Below, piece by piece: positions 25,781 to 35,180 of a stretch of 64,000 nucleotides of DNA. The notes beneath the pieces are model-generated. The model was not told where the DNA came from and made no database searches. It saw nothing but the letters and a program-made list of their open reading frames with translations. This DNA is from a virus. Where the stretch lies: positions 1-64,000 of IMG/VR virus record IMGVR_UViG_3300028800_000071, one strand, 5' to 3'. The first letter of the stretch is position 1, and each line of letters starts with the position of its first letter. The position numbers were made by a program, and so were the translations under genes.

Positions 25781-27439
25781 ATGCCTATCACCAATCAAGG
25801 CCCGACGCAACAGGTAGTGCCGAACGTTTACGTTCAGGTCCTCCCGCCGTTGCAGGCGCTTAATCCGTACATTGCAACGTCGCTCAACGGCTTCGTTGGC
25901 GTCGGCAATTGGGGTCCGGTCAATACGCCCGTGTTTTGCGGCGATTCCGCGTCGATCACTTACGCGTTCGGCAATGATTCGGTAGGTTTGACGACCAGCG
26001 GCCTCAACGCTTCGCTCATTCAGGAAATGCTCACGGCGCTCAACGAGGACGGCAACTCCGTCGGCGTTCGCGTCACGGACGGCACCGATACGCCGGCCAC
26101 GATCAAACTCATCGACACCGCCGGTTCGCCCGGTACGCTCGTTACGCTCACGGCGCGCTACTCGGGTTCGCTCCCGATGGGCAACGTCGCGACCAACACG
26201 CCGGCTGCCGGCGCTCGCGTTGATTCGGTCGGCACCAACCTCTTTCGCGTCACGATCTTCTTCCCCAATCAAGCGCCGCAGGTGTATAACAACATTTCCG
26301 GCGGCATCGGCTTTGGCGGCGGCGGTGGCAGTTACTCTGCCTCTGTATTTAAGAACAACGTCATTGCGGCGATCAACGGCACCGCGCCGAACACCACGCC
26401 GAACCCGTTCTTCTTCGCCTCCACCGGCGCGTCCACGGTCGCACCGAAACTCGCGACGGTGTTTGCGCCGGATACGAACAGCGGCACGGACGGCACGCTC
26501 GGCGTCGTTACGGCCACCCTGATCGGAACCGACAGCGCCACCGGCGCACGCACGGGCATCTATGCGTTGCGCGGCACCGGCGCCTTCCACATGGCGATCT
26601 GCGGTTGCACCGATCTCGCCCAGGCTGCAACGCTCTCGGCGTTCTGTACCACGGAGAATATCGCGCTCGCCTTCCTCACCGTGCCGAAGGGCACGAGCGA
26701 TAGCGGCGCGGTCGGTCTGCGCGTGACCAACAGCGTCGCGCTCAGTAACGTGGTGCTCGTCAAGGACTTCATCTACGTCTACGACGCGATCTTGCAGACG
26801 TACCGTTACGTGTCGCCGATCGGCAAAGCCATGGGCATCGTCGGTCTGCTCGCACCGTACGCCTCGCCGATCAATCAGCCGTACGAGATCACCGGGCTCT
26901 CAGCGGCCGGCGTGTACTCGACCGAGCAGACGCCGCTCGGACCGCGCTCGCAGGACGAGCTCGGCTATCTGCTCACCAACGGTTTCGTGTCGATCACGAA
27001 TCAGATTCCGCTCAATAACGGCGCATACGGCTTCTTCGACGACGTTTGCTCCAATGGCGATCCCGCGACGAACAACGGGGCCGGCACGTACATTCCGGTG
27101 ACGCGCATGACGTCGTTCCTGTCGCAGGCCTTCGAGGATATCGGCGCTCAGTACGTCGGCAAGCCGCAAAGTACGGCCGCCAACGATCCGACGCGGTTGG
27201 CGATCGAAGGTGCGTTCAATAACTTCCTCTCCTCGCTCAAGCCGAACGGCGGTCAGTCGCAGATTGATTCGTATAACGTTACGTGCGATCTCACGAACAA
27301 CTCACCGGCGAGTATCGCGGCCGGGTATTGCTACGTGAAGATCCTCGTTCGGTATCTCGGCATCGTGCGTATCCTGTGGATCACGCTGCAAGGCGGCACG
27401 AACGTCACGATCAGCAACCAGCCGCCTTCGGCTGGCTAG
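25781..27439 (+). CDS. contractile tail sheath protein
   Basis: VPNVYVQVLPP, GFVGVGNWGPVNTP, VRVTDGTD, C-terminal VTCDLTNNSPASIAAGY...LQGG. Confidence 0.9.
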   Translation: MPITNQGPTQQVVPNVYVQVLPPLQALNPYIATSLNGFVGVGNWGPVNTPVFCGDSASITYAFGNDSVGLTTSGLNASLIQEMLTALNEDGNSVGVRVTDGTDTPATIKLIDTAGSPGTLVTLTARYSGSLPMGNVATNTPAAGARVDSVGTNLFRVTIFFPNQAPQVYNNISGGIGFGGGGGSYSASVFKNNVIAAINGTAPNTTPNPFFFASTGASTVAPKLATVFAPDTNSGTDGTLGVVTATLIGTDSATGARTGIYALRGTGAFHMAICGCTDLAQAATLSAFCTTENIALAFLTVPKGTSDSGAVGLRVTNSVALSNVVLVKDFIYVYDAILQTYRYVSPIGKAMGIVGLLAPYASPINQPYEITGLSAAGVYSTEQTPLGPRSQDELGYLLTNGFVSITNQIPLNNGAYGFFDDVCSNGDPATNNGAGTYIPVTRMTSFLSQAFEDIGAQYVGKPQSTAANDPTRLAIEGAFNNFLSSLKPNGGQSQIDSYNVTCDLTNNSPASIAAGYCYVKILVRYLGIVRILWITLQGGTNVTISNQPPSAG

Positions 27440-27441
27440 TC

Positions 27442-27476
27442 ACTATACTTAGGATAGTTACTATACTTAGTATAGT
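27442..27476. repeat. two tandem 17-bp AT-rich palindromes
   Basis: ACTATACTTAGGATAGT (27442-27458) and ACTATACTTAGTATAGT (27460-27476). Confidence 0.85.
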
Positions 27477-27483
27477 TCGCATC

Positions 27484-27519
27484 TTTGGCGCGGTTGCCGT
27501 AACAGGGCGCCGCGCCAAA
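27484..27519. other. GC-rich hairpin between sheath and tube genes
   Basis: TTTGGCGCGG...CCGCGCCAAA, 10-bp stem. Confidence 0.6.
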
Positions 27520-27553
27520 CCAAACCTCTCTCCTCTCTTGGGAGTAATAGAAC

Positions 27554-28009
27554 ATGACGGCCCCTCTACTCGGCGGGTTCAATATCGGCATTCAGCGCTC
27601 GTGGGTTGTAATCGACAACGTAACGCAAGAGCAAATGCCGTGGGGCGGCGATATCATCGACCTGCAATCATCGCCGATCACCAAGGAGATCACCATCGAC
27701 CCGATCTCCACGCAAGGGTACAGCAAATTCAAGACCGATCGCTCGGGCTGGCAGGGCAGCATCACCGTCGCGCGTGTCAACGGTGACGCCGATCAGTTCG
27801 AGGCTATCCAGGAATCGCTGTATCACCAAGGCGGCACGCAGCGGTACTTCTCCATCTACGAAACCACAATCAACGACGACGGCACCATCGACAAAATGCA
27901 GTACACCGGCTGCGAAATCAAAATGACCGACGCCGGTATGGCTCGCAAGGATTCGTCGATGGATATCAAGTTGGCGTTCCGTGGCCAAGCACGTCAAGCA
28001 CCACAATAA
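27554..28009 (+). CDS. tail tube protein
   Basis: 151 aa directly after sheath; GWQGSITVAR, YETTINDDGT..QYTG. Confidence 0.85.
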   Translation: MTAPLLGGFNIGIQRSWVVIDNVTQEQMPWGGDIIDLQSSPITKEITIDPISTQGYSKFKTDRSGWQGSITVARVNGDADQFEAIQESLYHQGGTQRYFSIYETTINDDGTIDKMQYTGCEIKMTDAGMARKDSSMDIKLAFRGQARQAPQ

Positions 28010-28028
28010 TCCATAACGAAAGGTTGCC

Positions 28029-28481
28029 ATGAACGAATCGCCGACCGTGAAGATCACGGTCGATCCCGACGAAATCGATCGCCTGCGCAAAAAGGTCGAG
28101 GGTGGCGAGGATCTAACGCTCACAGAGTTTCGCTCGCTCATGCCGGCTCGCATCAACGATGAAGGCCAGCTGGAGATTCAACTGAGCGATCGCGCCTTTG
28201 CGATTGTGAGACGCCTCAACGGCCAAGAGTCGATGAAGTGTGACGCGCTCATCGGCGATTCGACGAACGCCGATCTCAAGTTCAAAACCTACGCGCTCTA
28301 CGGCCTCACGAAGCTCATCATCGACGGTAAAGAGAAAATGCTGGCGCCGGTCGATCGAGCGGGTATGAACGTCGGCGTGCGCGGTACGCTAATGGACGCG
28401 CTCGAAGCCAAGTCGCTCGGCGAAGCCTTCGCTATGTTCTTTATGACGCCAATGGAGGCGAGCGCCCTAAAAAACGCCTGA
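28029..28481 (+). CDS. tail assembly chaperone (gpG-like)
   Basis: Position after tube; ends in the slippery CTA AAA AAC GCC TGA. Confidence 0.75.
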   Translation: MNESPTVKITVDPDEIDRLRKKVEGGEDLTLTEFRSLMPARINDEGQLEIQLSDRAFAIVRRLNGQESMKCDALIGDSTNADLKFKTYALYGLTKLIIDGKEKMLAPVDRAGMNVGVRGTLMDALEAKSLGEAFAMFFMTPMEASALKNA

Positions 28482-28657
28482 GGTCCCCCTTCCTACAGGA
28501 AGTTGGGGACTTTATTCTTTTTGGCGGGAGCTACGGCGACGGAATGGCCATGGACTTCGCGGAGCTCAAGGCGATGAACGTCTATCTCGGGACGCGTCGT
28601 GGCGGCCTCTACGATCCCGTCAAAGGCATTTGGATCAAACAACCCGTCGTATTCTAA
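28469..28657 (+). CDS. -1 frameshift extension of the tail chaperone (gpGT-like)
   Basis: A AAA AAC heptamer 28469-28475, hairpin 28483-28510, open -1 frame RLRSPFLQEVGDFILFGG...WIKQPVVF* to TAA 28657. Confidence 0.75.
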   Translation, partial: KKRLRSPFLQEVGDFILFGGSYGDGMAMDFAELKAMNVYLGTRRGGLYDPVKGIWIKQPVVF

Positions 28658-28670
28658 AAGGGGAACGTGC

Positions 28671-29327
28671 GTGCCAACGATCGGGGTAAACACCGCCGCG
28701 TCGTTCATGAATCTCAAAGCCGGCCGGCCTCGAGTTTTTGGCGGTCTGCGAGAGTTTAGCGCGTTCCTCAAGGCGGAAGCCGTAGAGGAGCCATTGCGGC
28801 TGCTCGCAGCAGCCGGCGTTGCCGGTTCGATCTTCAAGTGGAAGATTCAAGCCGAGTTCGGTGACGATAGCAAACTCGCGCCGAACACGCCGACGACGCA
28901 AGATCTGCGATCGGACGGCGGTGCCGGCGGCCCGCTGCTCGTCTCTGGCGCGTTGCGCGATTCGATTGAAGCTATGGCCGAACCGTTCGGCGACGGCGCG
29001 ATCATGGGCGTCGGCTCGGCGTCGCAGATCCTCGTATGGCAAGAGCACGGCTTTACCACGGCGCCCGATTCGATGATCCCAAACAAGATCGTGCCGCCGC
29101 GTCCGGCCTTCGCGCTCGGCGTGTACGAAGCGGCACCGCTGGTGCAGCAGGCGATCATGCGGTTCGTATTGCCTGGAACCGAATGGCGCAACGTCAATAA
29201 CACCTTCGGCAACTTCATGAATCCCGAATCGTATATGCGCGGCGCCGGCGATATCCGAGCGATCGGTCGCGGTCAAATGCCGTACCAGCGCGCGAGCGAC
29301 TTCAAAACCGGCGTCTTTCTAGGATAA
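28671..29327 (+). CDS. HK97 gp10-like virion morphogenesis protein
   Basis: PLLVSGALRDSI, WQEHG...VPPRPAF. Confidence 0.7.
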   Translation: MPTIGVNTAASFMNLKAGRPRVFGGLREFSAFLKAEAVEEPLRLLAAAGVAGSIFKWKIQAEFGDDSKLAPNTPTTQDLRSDGGAGGPLLVSGALRDSIEAMAEPFGDGAIMGVGSASQILVWQEHGFTTAPDSMIPNKIVPPRPAFALGVYEAAPLVQQAIMRFVLPGTEWRNVNNTFGNFMNPESYMRGAGDIRAIGRGQMPYQRASDFKTGVFLG

Positions 29328-29342
29328 AGGAGAACTACTAGC

Positions 29343-31433
29343 GTGGCCTTTGGAGAGTCGTGGCTGATCTCAGTCATGATGCGATTTACGAGCAACGGCT
29401 CGCGCATTATGAACGAGCTCGGAAACTCGGCGAGCAAGGCTAATGCTATCCTCGATACGCACACCAAGAAGGTCAACGCCGCGACGGCTGCATGGGAGCG
29501 CTTTAGTGTCGCGAGCGTGAAGGCCGGCACCATGTTTGCCGGCGGCTTCGCGGCCACCGGCGCTGCGGCGATCGTCTACGGTATCAATCAGGCGGCGAAG
29601 CTGGAGCTCGCCATGACGGGCGTGTATGCCGCTACGGGCGCCAACCTGCGGCAGCAGTCGCAACTGCGCAACATGGTGATGCAGATCTCGGGCGTGACGG
29701 CGCAATCGGCTACCACGATCGCCAACGAGCTCTTTATGGTTGGCTCGTCTGGCTTGAACGATCCCAAGCAACTAATGGCGGCGTTCCCGCAGATCGCCAA
29801 AGCCGCCGACGTGCTCTGGCTCTCGACGATGGGCACGCCGAAAGCCGTCGATCCCGTACACGCCTCGATGCAAATGATGAAGCTCTCGCATCTGTTCGGC
29901 GCGTATCAAGGCAAACCGTTAGCCGATATGGTCGATGCTATCGTGCGCCTGCAAATGGTGCAACCCGACGCGCTCGCGAAGGTCGTCACGCAGGCGAGGT
30001 ATTTTGTCCCGGCGGCGCTCGGCGCTGGCGTGAGTATCAAGAATCTGCCGCAATCCGATCTCATGGTTCTGATGGCGTCGATGGGCCAGCAGGGCTTCAT
30101 GCAAGGCAAAGGCGGTACGGGCCTCGCGGCGTTCATTCAATACATGGATAAGGCGCCGACGTTGACGGCGCATCTGTCGAAGATTCAGCGCGCCTCAATG
30201 ATCGATCTCGGGCTATTCGACAGCAGCGGCAGAAATAAGTTCCTCGATAGTCACCAAAACCTAAAGCTCGGTGAGGCGGTCCATTATCTCGGCGAAAAGT
30301 TCGACAGCATGGTCAAAGAGGGTCGGCGCGGCGACTTTATGGCCGATCTCTACGGCGCGTTCTTGCGGCAGGGCGGGGCGTTCACCGCGGCGATGCTGCT
30401 TCCGCAAGTCCGTGCGCAACGCCAACGCAACATTCTCGGCATGGAACGGATCGCGCCGCCTGGCACCGCCGTCGAACGGTTGTGGGACAAGTATATGCAC
30501 ACCACGATTGGCGCGTGGAAATACTTCGTCACGAACTTCGAAAACGTGTGGATCTACGGCTTCACGCCGATGCTGCCCACCGTCACCGCCTTCTTGCGCG
30601 GCCTCGGCTACGAGTTCGGGCGCTTCGGCAATACGCTCAAAGATCACCCCGGCATGGCGCAGGCGCTCGCTAATATCCTGATCGGCCTTACGGCGCTCTC
30701 GACCGCGCGCTTCTTGCTCGGTGGCGGCACGTGGCTCTTTACCGTTGCGAGCGGCTTCGGTAAACTCGCGCCGGAACTGAGCCTCACGAGCAAAGCGCTC
30801 ATGACGCTAGACAACTTCGTGCTGGCCGGCATGGGCGCGCGCCTTCTCAAGCTCACGAAGTATTGGTTTGATCTCGATACGGCAGCATTAGCGTCGGCCG
30901 CGCCGATCAATAACGTGGCTGGTGCATTGCGCGCGCTCGCGGCAGCTGGCGGCGCGTTCTTGCTCTCACCGCTCGGCCGACTGATCTCAGCCGGCGGCGG
31001 CATCCTCACCGGCGCGTACATTTCGATGCAGCAACATAGCTCGGCGAAAGCCACGTACGATGCGGTTGCACACAAGTACGGCGCGCACTACGCGAACACG
31101 CTGTTGCACGGCGCACCGGGTTGGAACCTCGATTGGCACGGCCTCCACAAAGGCGGCGGCTCTTACGGCGGTTGGCCGTACAACTATGGTCCGAACGATA
31201 TCCCCGCTGGTGCGCCGCGGCCGCACAACGGGCCGACGCACGTAAGCATGACGAACCATATCGAGATCAAGGTGCCGAAAGGCACGTCCGCCGAGCAGGC
31301 CAAGGAGATCATCAAGATGGCCATGGCCGGTATCCGATCCGAAATGGCGTCTAGCGGAATGCACTTCACCAGCCGCAACGCGCCGCCGGTACTCAATCTC
31401 GATCTCGCTAGTCCGAGCCTCGGCCTTTCGTAA
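29343..31433 (+). CDS. tape measure protein
   Basis: 696 aa, Ala-rich and helical; GFMQGKGGTGL core motif; position. Confidence 0.85.
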   Translation: MAFGESWLISVMMRFTSNGSRIMNELGNSASKANAILDTHTKKVNAATAAWERFSVASVKAGTMFAGGFAATGAAAIVYGINQAAKLELAMTGVYAATGANLRQQSQLRNMVMQISGVTAQSATTIANELFMVGSSGLNDPKQLMAAFPQIAKAADVLWLSTMGTPKAVDPVHASMQMMKLSHLFGAYQGKPLADMVDAIVRLQMVQPDALAKVVTQARYFVPAALGAGVSIKNLPQSDLMVLMASMGQQGFMQGKGGTGLAAFIQYMDKAPTLTAHLSKIQRASMIDLGLFDSSGRNKFLDSHQNLKLGEAVHYLGEKFDSMVKEGRRGDFMADLYGAFLRQGGAFTAAMLLPQVRAQRQRNILGMERIAPPGTAVERLWDKYMHTTIGAWKYFVTNFENVWIYGFTPMLPTVTAFLRGLGYEFGRFGNTLKDHPGMAQALANILIGLTALSTARFLLGGGTWLFTVASGFGKLAPELSLTSKALMTLDNFVLAGMGARLLKLTKYWFDLDTAALASAAPINNVAGALRALAAAGGAFLLSPLGRLISAGGGILTGAYISMQQHSSAKATYDAVAHKYGAHYANTLLHGAPGWNLDWHGLHKGGGSYGGWPYNYGPNDIPAGAPRPHNGPTHVSMTNHIEIKVPKGTSAEQAKEIIKMAMAGIRSEMASSGMHFTSRNAPPVLNLDLASPSLGLS

Positions 31434-32359
31434 TGGCAACGCTGCACCGTCCGCAACAGCAGACACCCTCGGGGCCATCGGATAGTCTGACGATCGGCAG
31501 CACCGTTCTGCTCGACGAGGAAACGCCGGACGAACTTATTATCGAGATCAAACGCGTCTGGGCGATCGTCACCTATATCGGCGGCGCTCGCGTCGCGCAA
31601 GATATGGGGCCGTCACCGGCCGATATCACGTGGAAGGGCCGGCTGTTCGCCGGCAACGTCGCCGAACGGTTCGCCGCGCTGCAATCCATGGAGAATGCCG
31701 CGCAGTTGGTGCCGCTCACGTATCTCGATCAGGCGTTCAACGTCGTCATCAAGACGGTGCGCAAGGTGTACGAGCACCGTTGGCAGGGCGGCTACGAGAT
31801 CACGGTCACGATCATCGAGGACGTTTCCGGCCAATACCAAGTTGGTTCCGGCCCGAGCGCCGAGCAGCAAGTTGATGCGCTGTGGCAGCGCGCGCTCGAT
31901 ACGCTCGAACAACTCGTGCAAGCCGATCCGTTCGAAACGCCGGGCATACAAACCGAATTCACGATTCTGTTCGCCGCGCTCGAACTCGCCGGGATGCTCT
32001 CTGAGCTCACCTCGGGATCGTTGCAGAACCTCGTGACGCTCGCCGGTCAAGCCGCCGGCGCTGCGGCTGCGTACATTGCGAATCACGGCGGGGCGAACGG
32101 TAGTTCGCAACTATTCTTGCTCGCCTCCGATCTTGAAACGTCGGCGCTGTTGATCGCCAAGAACCTACAGAGCGGCAACGCGCCAAACGTCGTGGTGATT
32201 CACGGTGCCGATCAGAGCGATCTGTTTGGGCTCGCCGCGCAGGCGTACGGTGACGCCTCGCTGGCCTTTGCGCTCGCGAGCATCAACGGTCTGTCGTCGC
32301 CGCTGCTGGCCTCGACGAAAGTCTATACGCTCACGTTGCCGACAACGCTGGTGGCATGA
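31433..32359 (+). CDS. tail tube initiator with C-terminal LysM/gpX-like domain
   Basis: GGARVAQDMG...ITWKGR; DLFGLAAQAYGDAS...LASINGL. Confidence 0.7.
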   Translation: MATLHRPQQQTPSGPSDSLTIGSTVLLDEETPDELIIEIKRVWAIVTYIGGARVAQDMGPSPADITWKGRLFAGNVAERFAALQSMENAAQLVPLTYLDQAFNVVIKTVRKVYEHRWQGGYEITVTIIEDVSGQYQVGSGPSAEQQVDALWQRALDTLEQLVQADPFETPGIQTEFTILFAALELAGMLSELTSGSLQNLVTLAGQAAGAAAAYIANHGGANGSSQLFLLASDLETSALLIAKNLQSGNAPNVVVIHGADQSDLFGLAAQAYGDASLAFALASINGLSSPLLASTKVYTLTLPTTLVA

Positions 32360-33660
32360 CGAACGGTCTCGGGCCGCTTACGTTTACTCAGCCGGGCGAC
32401 GTATCGTCGCCGCGTGCGTGCGCCAAGATCGCCGGCAAACTCTACCCGGTATCGAGCTATCGACTGAGCAAGAACTCGCACGGCGCCACGAACACGGGCA
32501 GCATGGCGTTGGCGATCGCGGGGAATCCCGATTGGACGCGCGAGCTTACCTCGGTGATCAAAACCGGCCAGACGGACCCGTCGCCGATCTATCTCGAACT
32601 CTGGGCCGGCTTCCCGCCCGCTCCGAGCTCGGTGCCGTCGCTCGCCGGCCTACAGCGCCGCTTCTACGGCGTGCTCGATACGTACGAGCCAGATAATCTC
32701 TCAACGACGGAGTTTCGGCTGCGCTCGATCGCCGCGCCGCTCACGACGGACGCCATCACGACGGCGGTGCAAAACGTCACGACCGTTGACTTCATCCGCA
32801 AAATCTGCGCCTCGTACAATATCAAAGTGTCGATCGACCCGACGCTCACTAATCCGTTCACGCTCGCGCGCGTCTACGCTCAAGACTTCGTGGTCGGCCT
32901 GAAGAACCTCAAGAAGTGGGATATCTTCCTGCGCTCGTCGATCGCCGACGATTGCGATCTCTGGGAAGATGACGGCACCGTCTACTACTATCATCCGTGG
33001 AACGTGCAGCGCCAGACCGTCAAGCTCGTCTACGGCACGAGCATCAAAGACTTTCACCCGAGCCATTCGCCGCAGTTCTCGCGCACGATCCGCGTGCAGG
33101 TGCATTCGTATTCGCAGAAGATCCGTACCGCGACGACCGTGAGGGTGCAATCCGTGGTCGGCGGCATCGAAGTGTCGCGCAACACCAAGACGCTCACGTC
33201 GCAACCGAATTGGGGAACGAACAGCGGCCAGACGACGACCTACCTCAACGACGGCTCGATAAAATACGGCTCGTGGTCATCGTCCGGCGGATCGACCGGC
33301 TCGAGCAACGTCGCGATCGCCGAGAGCGGCATCGAGCTCTACAACTTCTATCTGCCGAATCTGTCGTACGACGAATGTAACAAGTTGACGACGGCGATCT
33401 GGCGGCAAATCTCCATGCACGAGTATCAGGGCACGATCGAATATCAAATGACGCCGGCCTTGCTCAAGCTGACGGCTATGGCTTCGCTGCTCGACGTGAG
33501 CGGTTATCCGATGAGCAAGTTCAACACGCAGTATTGGCCGCGCACGATGGAGGAAGTATTCGAGGGCGCTCAGACCGACGAAAACTCCGGTGAAGCTCCC
33601 GGTTGGTACGTGACCTATCACGGCGTGAACCACACGCTGCCGCTCGGGGGAGGCGTCTAA
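32356..33660 (+). CDS. baseplate hub (gpD-like)
   Basis: Position and size in a Mu/P2-type baseplate order. Confidence 0.7.
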   Translation: MTNGLGPLTFTQPGDVSSPRACAKIAGKLYPVSSYRLSKNSHGATNTGSMALAIAGNPDWTRELTSVIKTGQTDPSPIYLELWAGFPPAPSSVPSLAGLQRRFYGVLDTYEPDNLSTTEFRLRSIAAPLTTDAITTAVQNVTTVDFIRKICASYNIKVSIDPTLTNPFTLARVYAQDFVVGLKNLKKWDIFLRSSIADDCDLWEDDGTVYYYHPWNVQRQTVKLVYGTSIKDFHPSHSPQFSRTIRVQVHSYSQKIRTATTVRVQSVVGGIEVSRNTKTLTSQPNWGTNSGQTTTYLNDGSIKYGSWSSSGGSTGSSNVAIAESGIELYNFYLPNLSYDECNKLTTAIWRQISMHEYQGTIEYQMTPALLKLTAMASLLDVSGYPMSKFNTQYWPRTMEEVFEGAQTDENSGEAPGWYVTYHGVNHTLPLGGGV

Positions 33661-34712
33661 TGGCCTTTGCCGAGCTCTTTGCGTTCATGCAGGCGCACGC
33701 GCGCGGCCAACTGCACCTTGGCTTCGAAGGCACGATCGTCAAAGATACGTACAATCAGACGGACGGCACCGTGCAGGTCGTGATCGGCGAAGCGTTCGCC
33801 AACTTCGACGACCCCGATCAGCAGCCGTATGCGATGACCGGCAAGCTCATGACGCCGATGCTCGGTCTCATGGGCGGTCCGCAGGGCGGCGAACGTGCGC
33901 TCCTGATTGCCATGCGCGGCTCGTATCGCGTGCTGCTCGAACACGACTTCGACGATGCGCCTGGCGTGCCGCCTGGCGAGCTACAGTACAAACACTACAA
34001 GCTCGGCACGACCGGACAGGGCAATACGCCTGTTGCCGACACGGGCTTCCACTTCACGAACGACGGTCCGACGGCCGCCGATGGCCTCGGTGGCGCGCAC
34101 GTCGGCGCAGATGGCGCGCACAGTACGCTCGACACGGCCAGCGGTCATCAAGTCGAACTCAACGACACCGCGAAGCAGGTCGCGATCAAGACGGCCGGTG
34201 GCGTTGGCGGCGGTGCCTCGCTTACCGAAACGTTCGACGATACGTCGCAGACGATCGTACGCACCGTATCGGCTACCGTCCAAGATAAACTCGACGCGAT
34301 CAATAAGATCGCGCAATCGCAGGTTGCGGCCAACGTATTCCACCAACTGATCGGTGGCGCTACGCCGACGGCCACGACGCAAGTCTCCAGCGGTGTCAAG
34401 ACGATATGGGATTCGGCCGGCAACGCGATCTCGCACGTCGTGCCCGGTGGTGGCACCGTTGCTCTCGGTGATCTTGCTTCAAACCTTTCAGCCGCCGGCA
34501 AAGGCGCGATCAATAACGATATCCTTACGACGTTCGGCGGCAACTCCGATACGGTAGCGCTCACGAATCTGCAAGCCTTCGCGACCGCGCTGCACACCGC
34601 CGGCGCGATCACGGGCGCCCAACTCACGGCGATGCTCGGGATTCTGATTACGTCGTGGCTCACGAAAGTCGGCATACCGGCCGGTTCATCACTTGTCAAG
34701 ATCGCCGTATAG
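33660..34712 (+). CDS. baseplate spike (gpV-like)
   Basis: N-terminal OB-like YNQTDGTVQV, GPQGGE, PGVPPGE, then beta repeats. Confidence 0.7.
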   Translation: MAFAELFAFMQAHARGQLHLGFEGTIVKDTYNQTDGTVQVVIGEAFANFDDPDQQPYAMTGKLMTPMLGLMGGPQGGERALLIAMRGSYRVLLEHDFDDAPGVPPGELQYKHYKLGTTGQGNTPVADTGFHFTNDGPTAADGLGGAHVGADGAHSTLDTASGHQVELNDTAKQVAIKTAGGVGGGASLTETFDDTSQTIVRTVSATVQDKLDAINKIAQSQVAANVFHQLIGGATPTATTQVSSGVKTIWDSAGNAISHVVPGGGTVALGDLASNLSAAGKGAINNDILTTFGGNSDTVALTNLQAFATALHTAGAITGAQLTAMLGILITSWLTKVGIPAGSSLVKIAV

Positions 34713-34721
34713 GAGAACGTT

Positions 34722-35180
34722 GTGGCTGGCCTTCCGCAGACGACGAGTAACCCGTTGGCGGCGGTGGAGGTCCTTTTGCCCTACGGCGGCGACTATTCAC
34801 TAACGTCAACCGGCGATCTGCAACTCGTCAAAGACCAACCCGGCAATCCGGCCGCCACGACGCAGCGCATCATCTTCTTGCTGCTCACCAATCCCGGCGA
34901 CGATCTCTTTAACCTCGATTACGGCGCCGGCTGCCGCGCGACCGTTGGCCGACCGAACGTTATGGCGAACGTCGATGCCATCCGGCGCACGATCTCAAGC
35001 GCTCTTGCCAACGACCCGTTCGTCGCGGTGTCGCCGGGACCGACGATCGGCATAACGCTTTCGCCGGATAATCAGAGCGCCATTATTGCGATCTCGTTCT
35101 TTTCGGTGATCGGCCAATACGTATCGTTGCCCGATATATCTCTTTCGCCGAATAGCATCCAAATCGGAGCGGCAGCGTGA
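34722..35180 (+). CDS. baseplate wedge subunit (gp25/W-like)
   Basis: GDYSLTSTGDLQLV, QRIIFLLLTNPGD..DYGAG. Confidence 0.8.
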   Translation: MAGLPQTTSNPLAAVEVLLPYGGDYSLTSTGDLQLVKDQPGNPAATTQRIIFLLLTNPGDDLFNLDYGAGCRATVGRPNVMANVDAIRRTISSALANDPFVAVSPGPTIGITLSPDNQSAIIAISFFSVIGQYVSLPDISLSPNSIQIGAAA

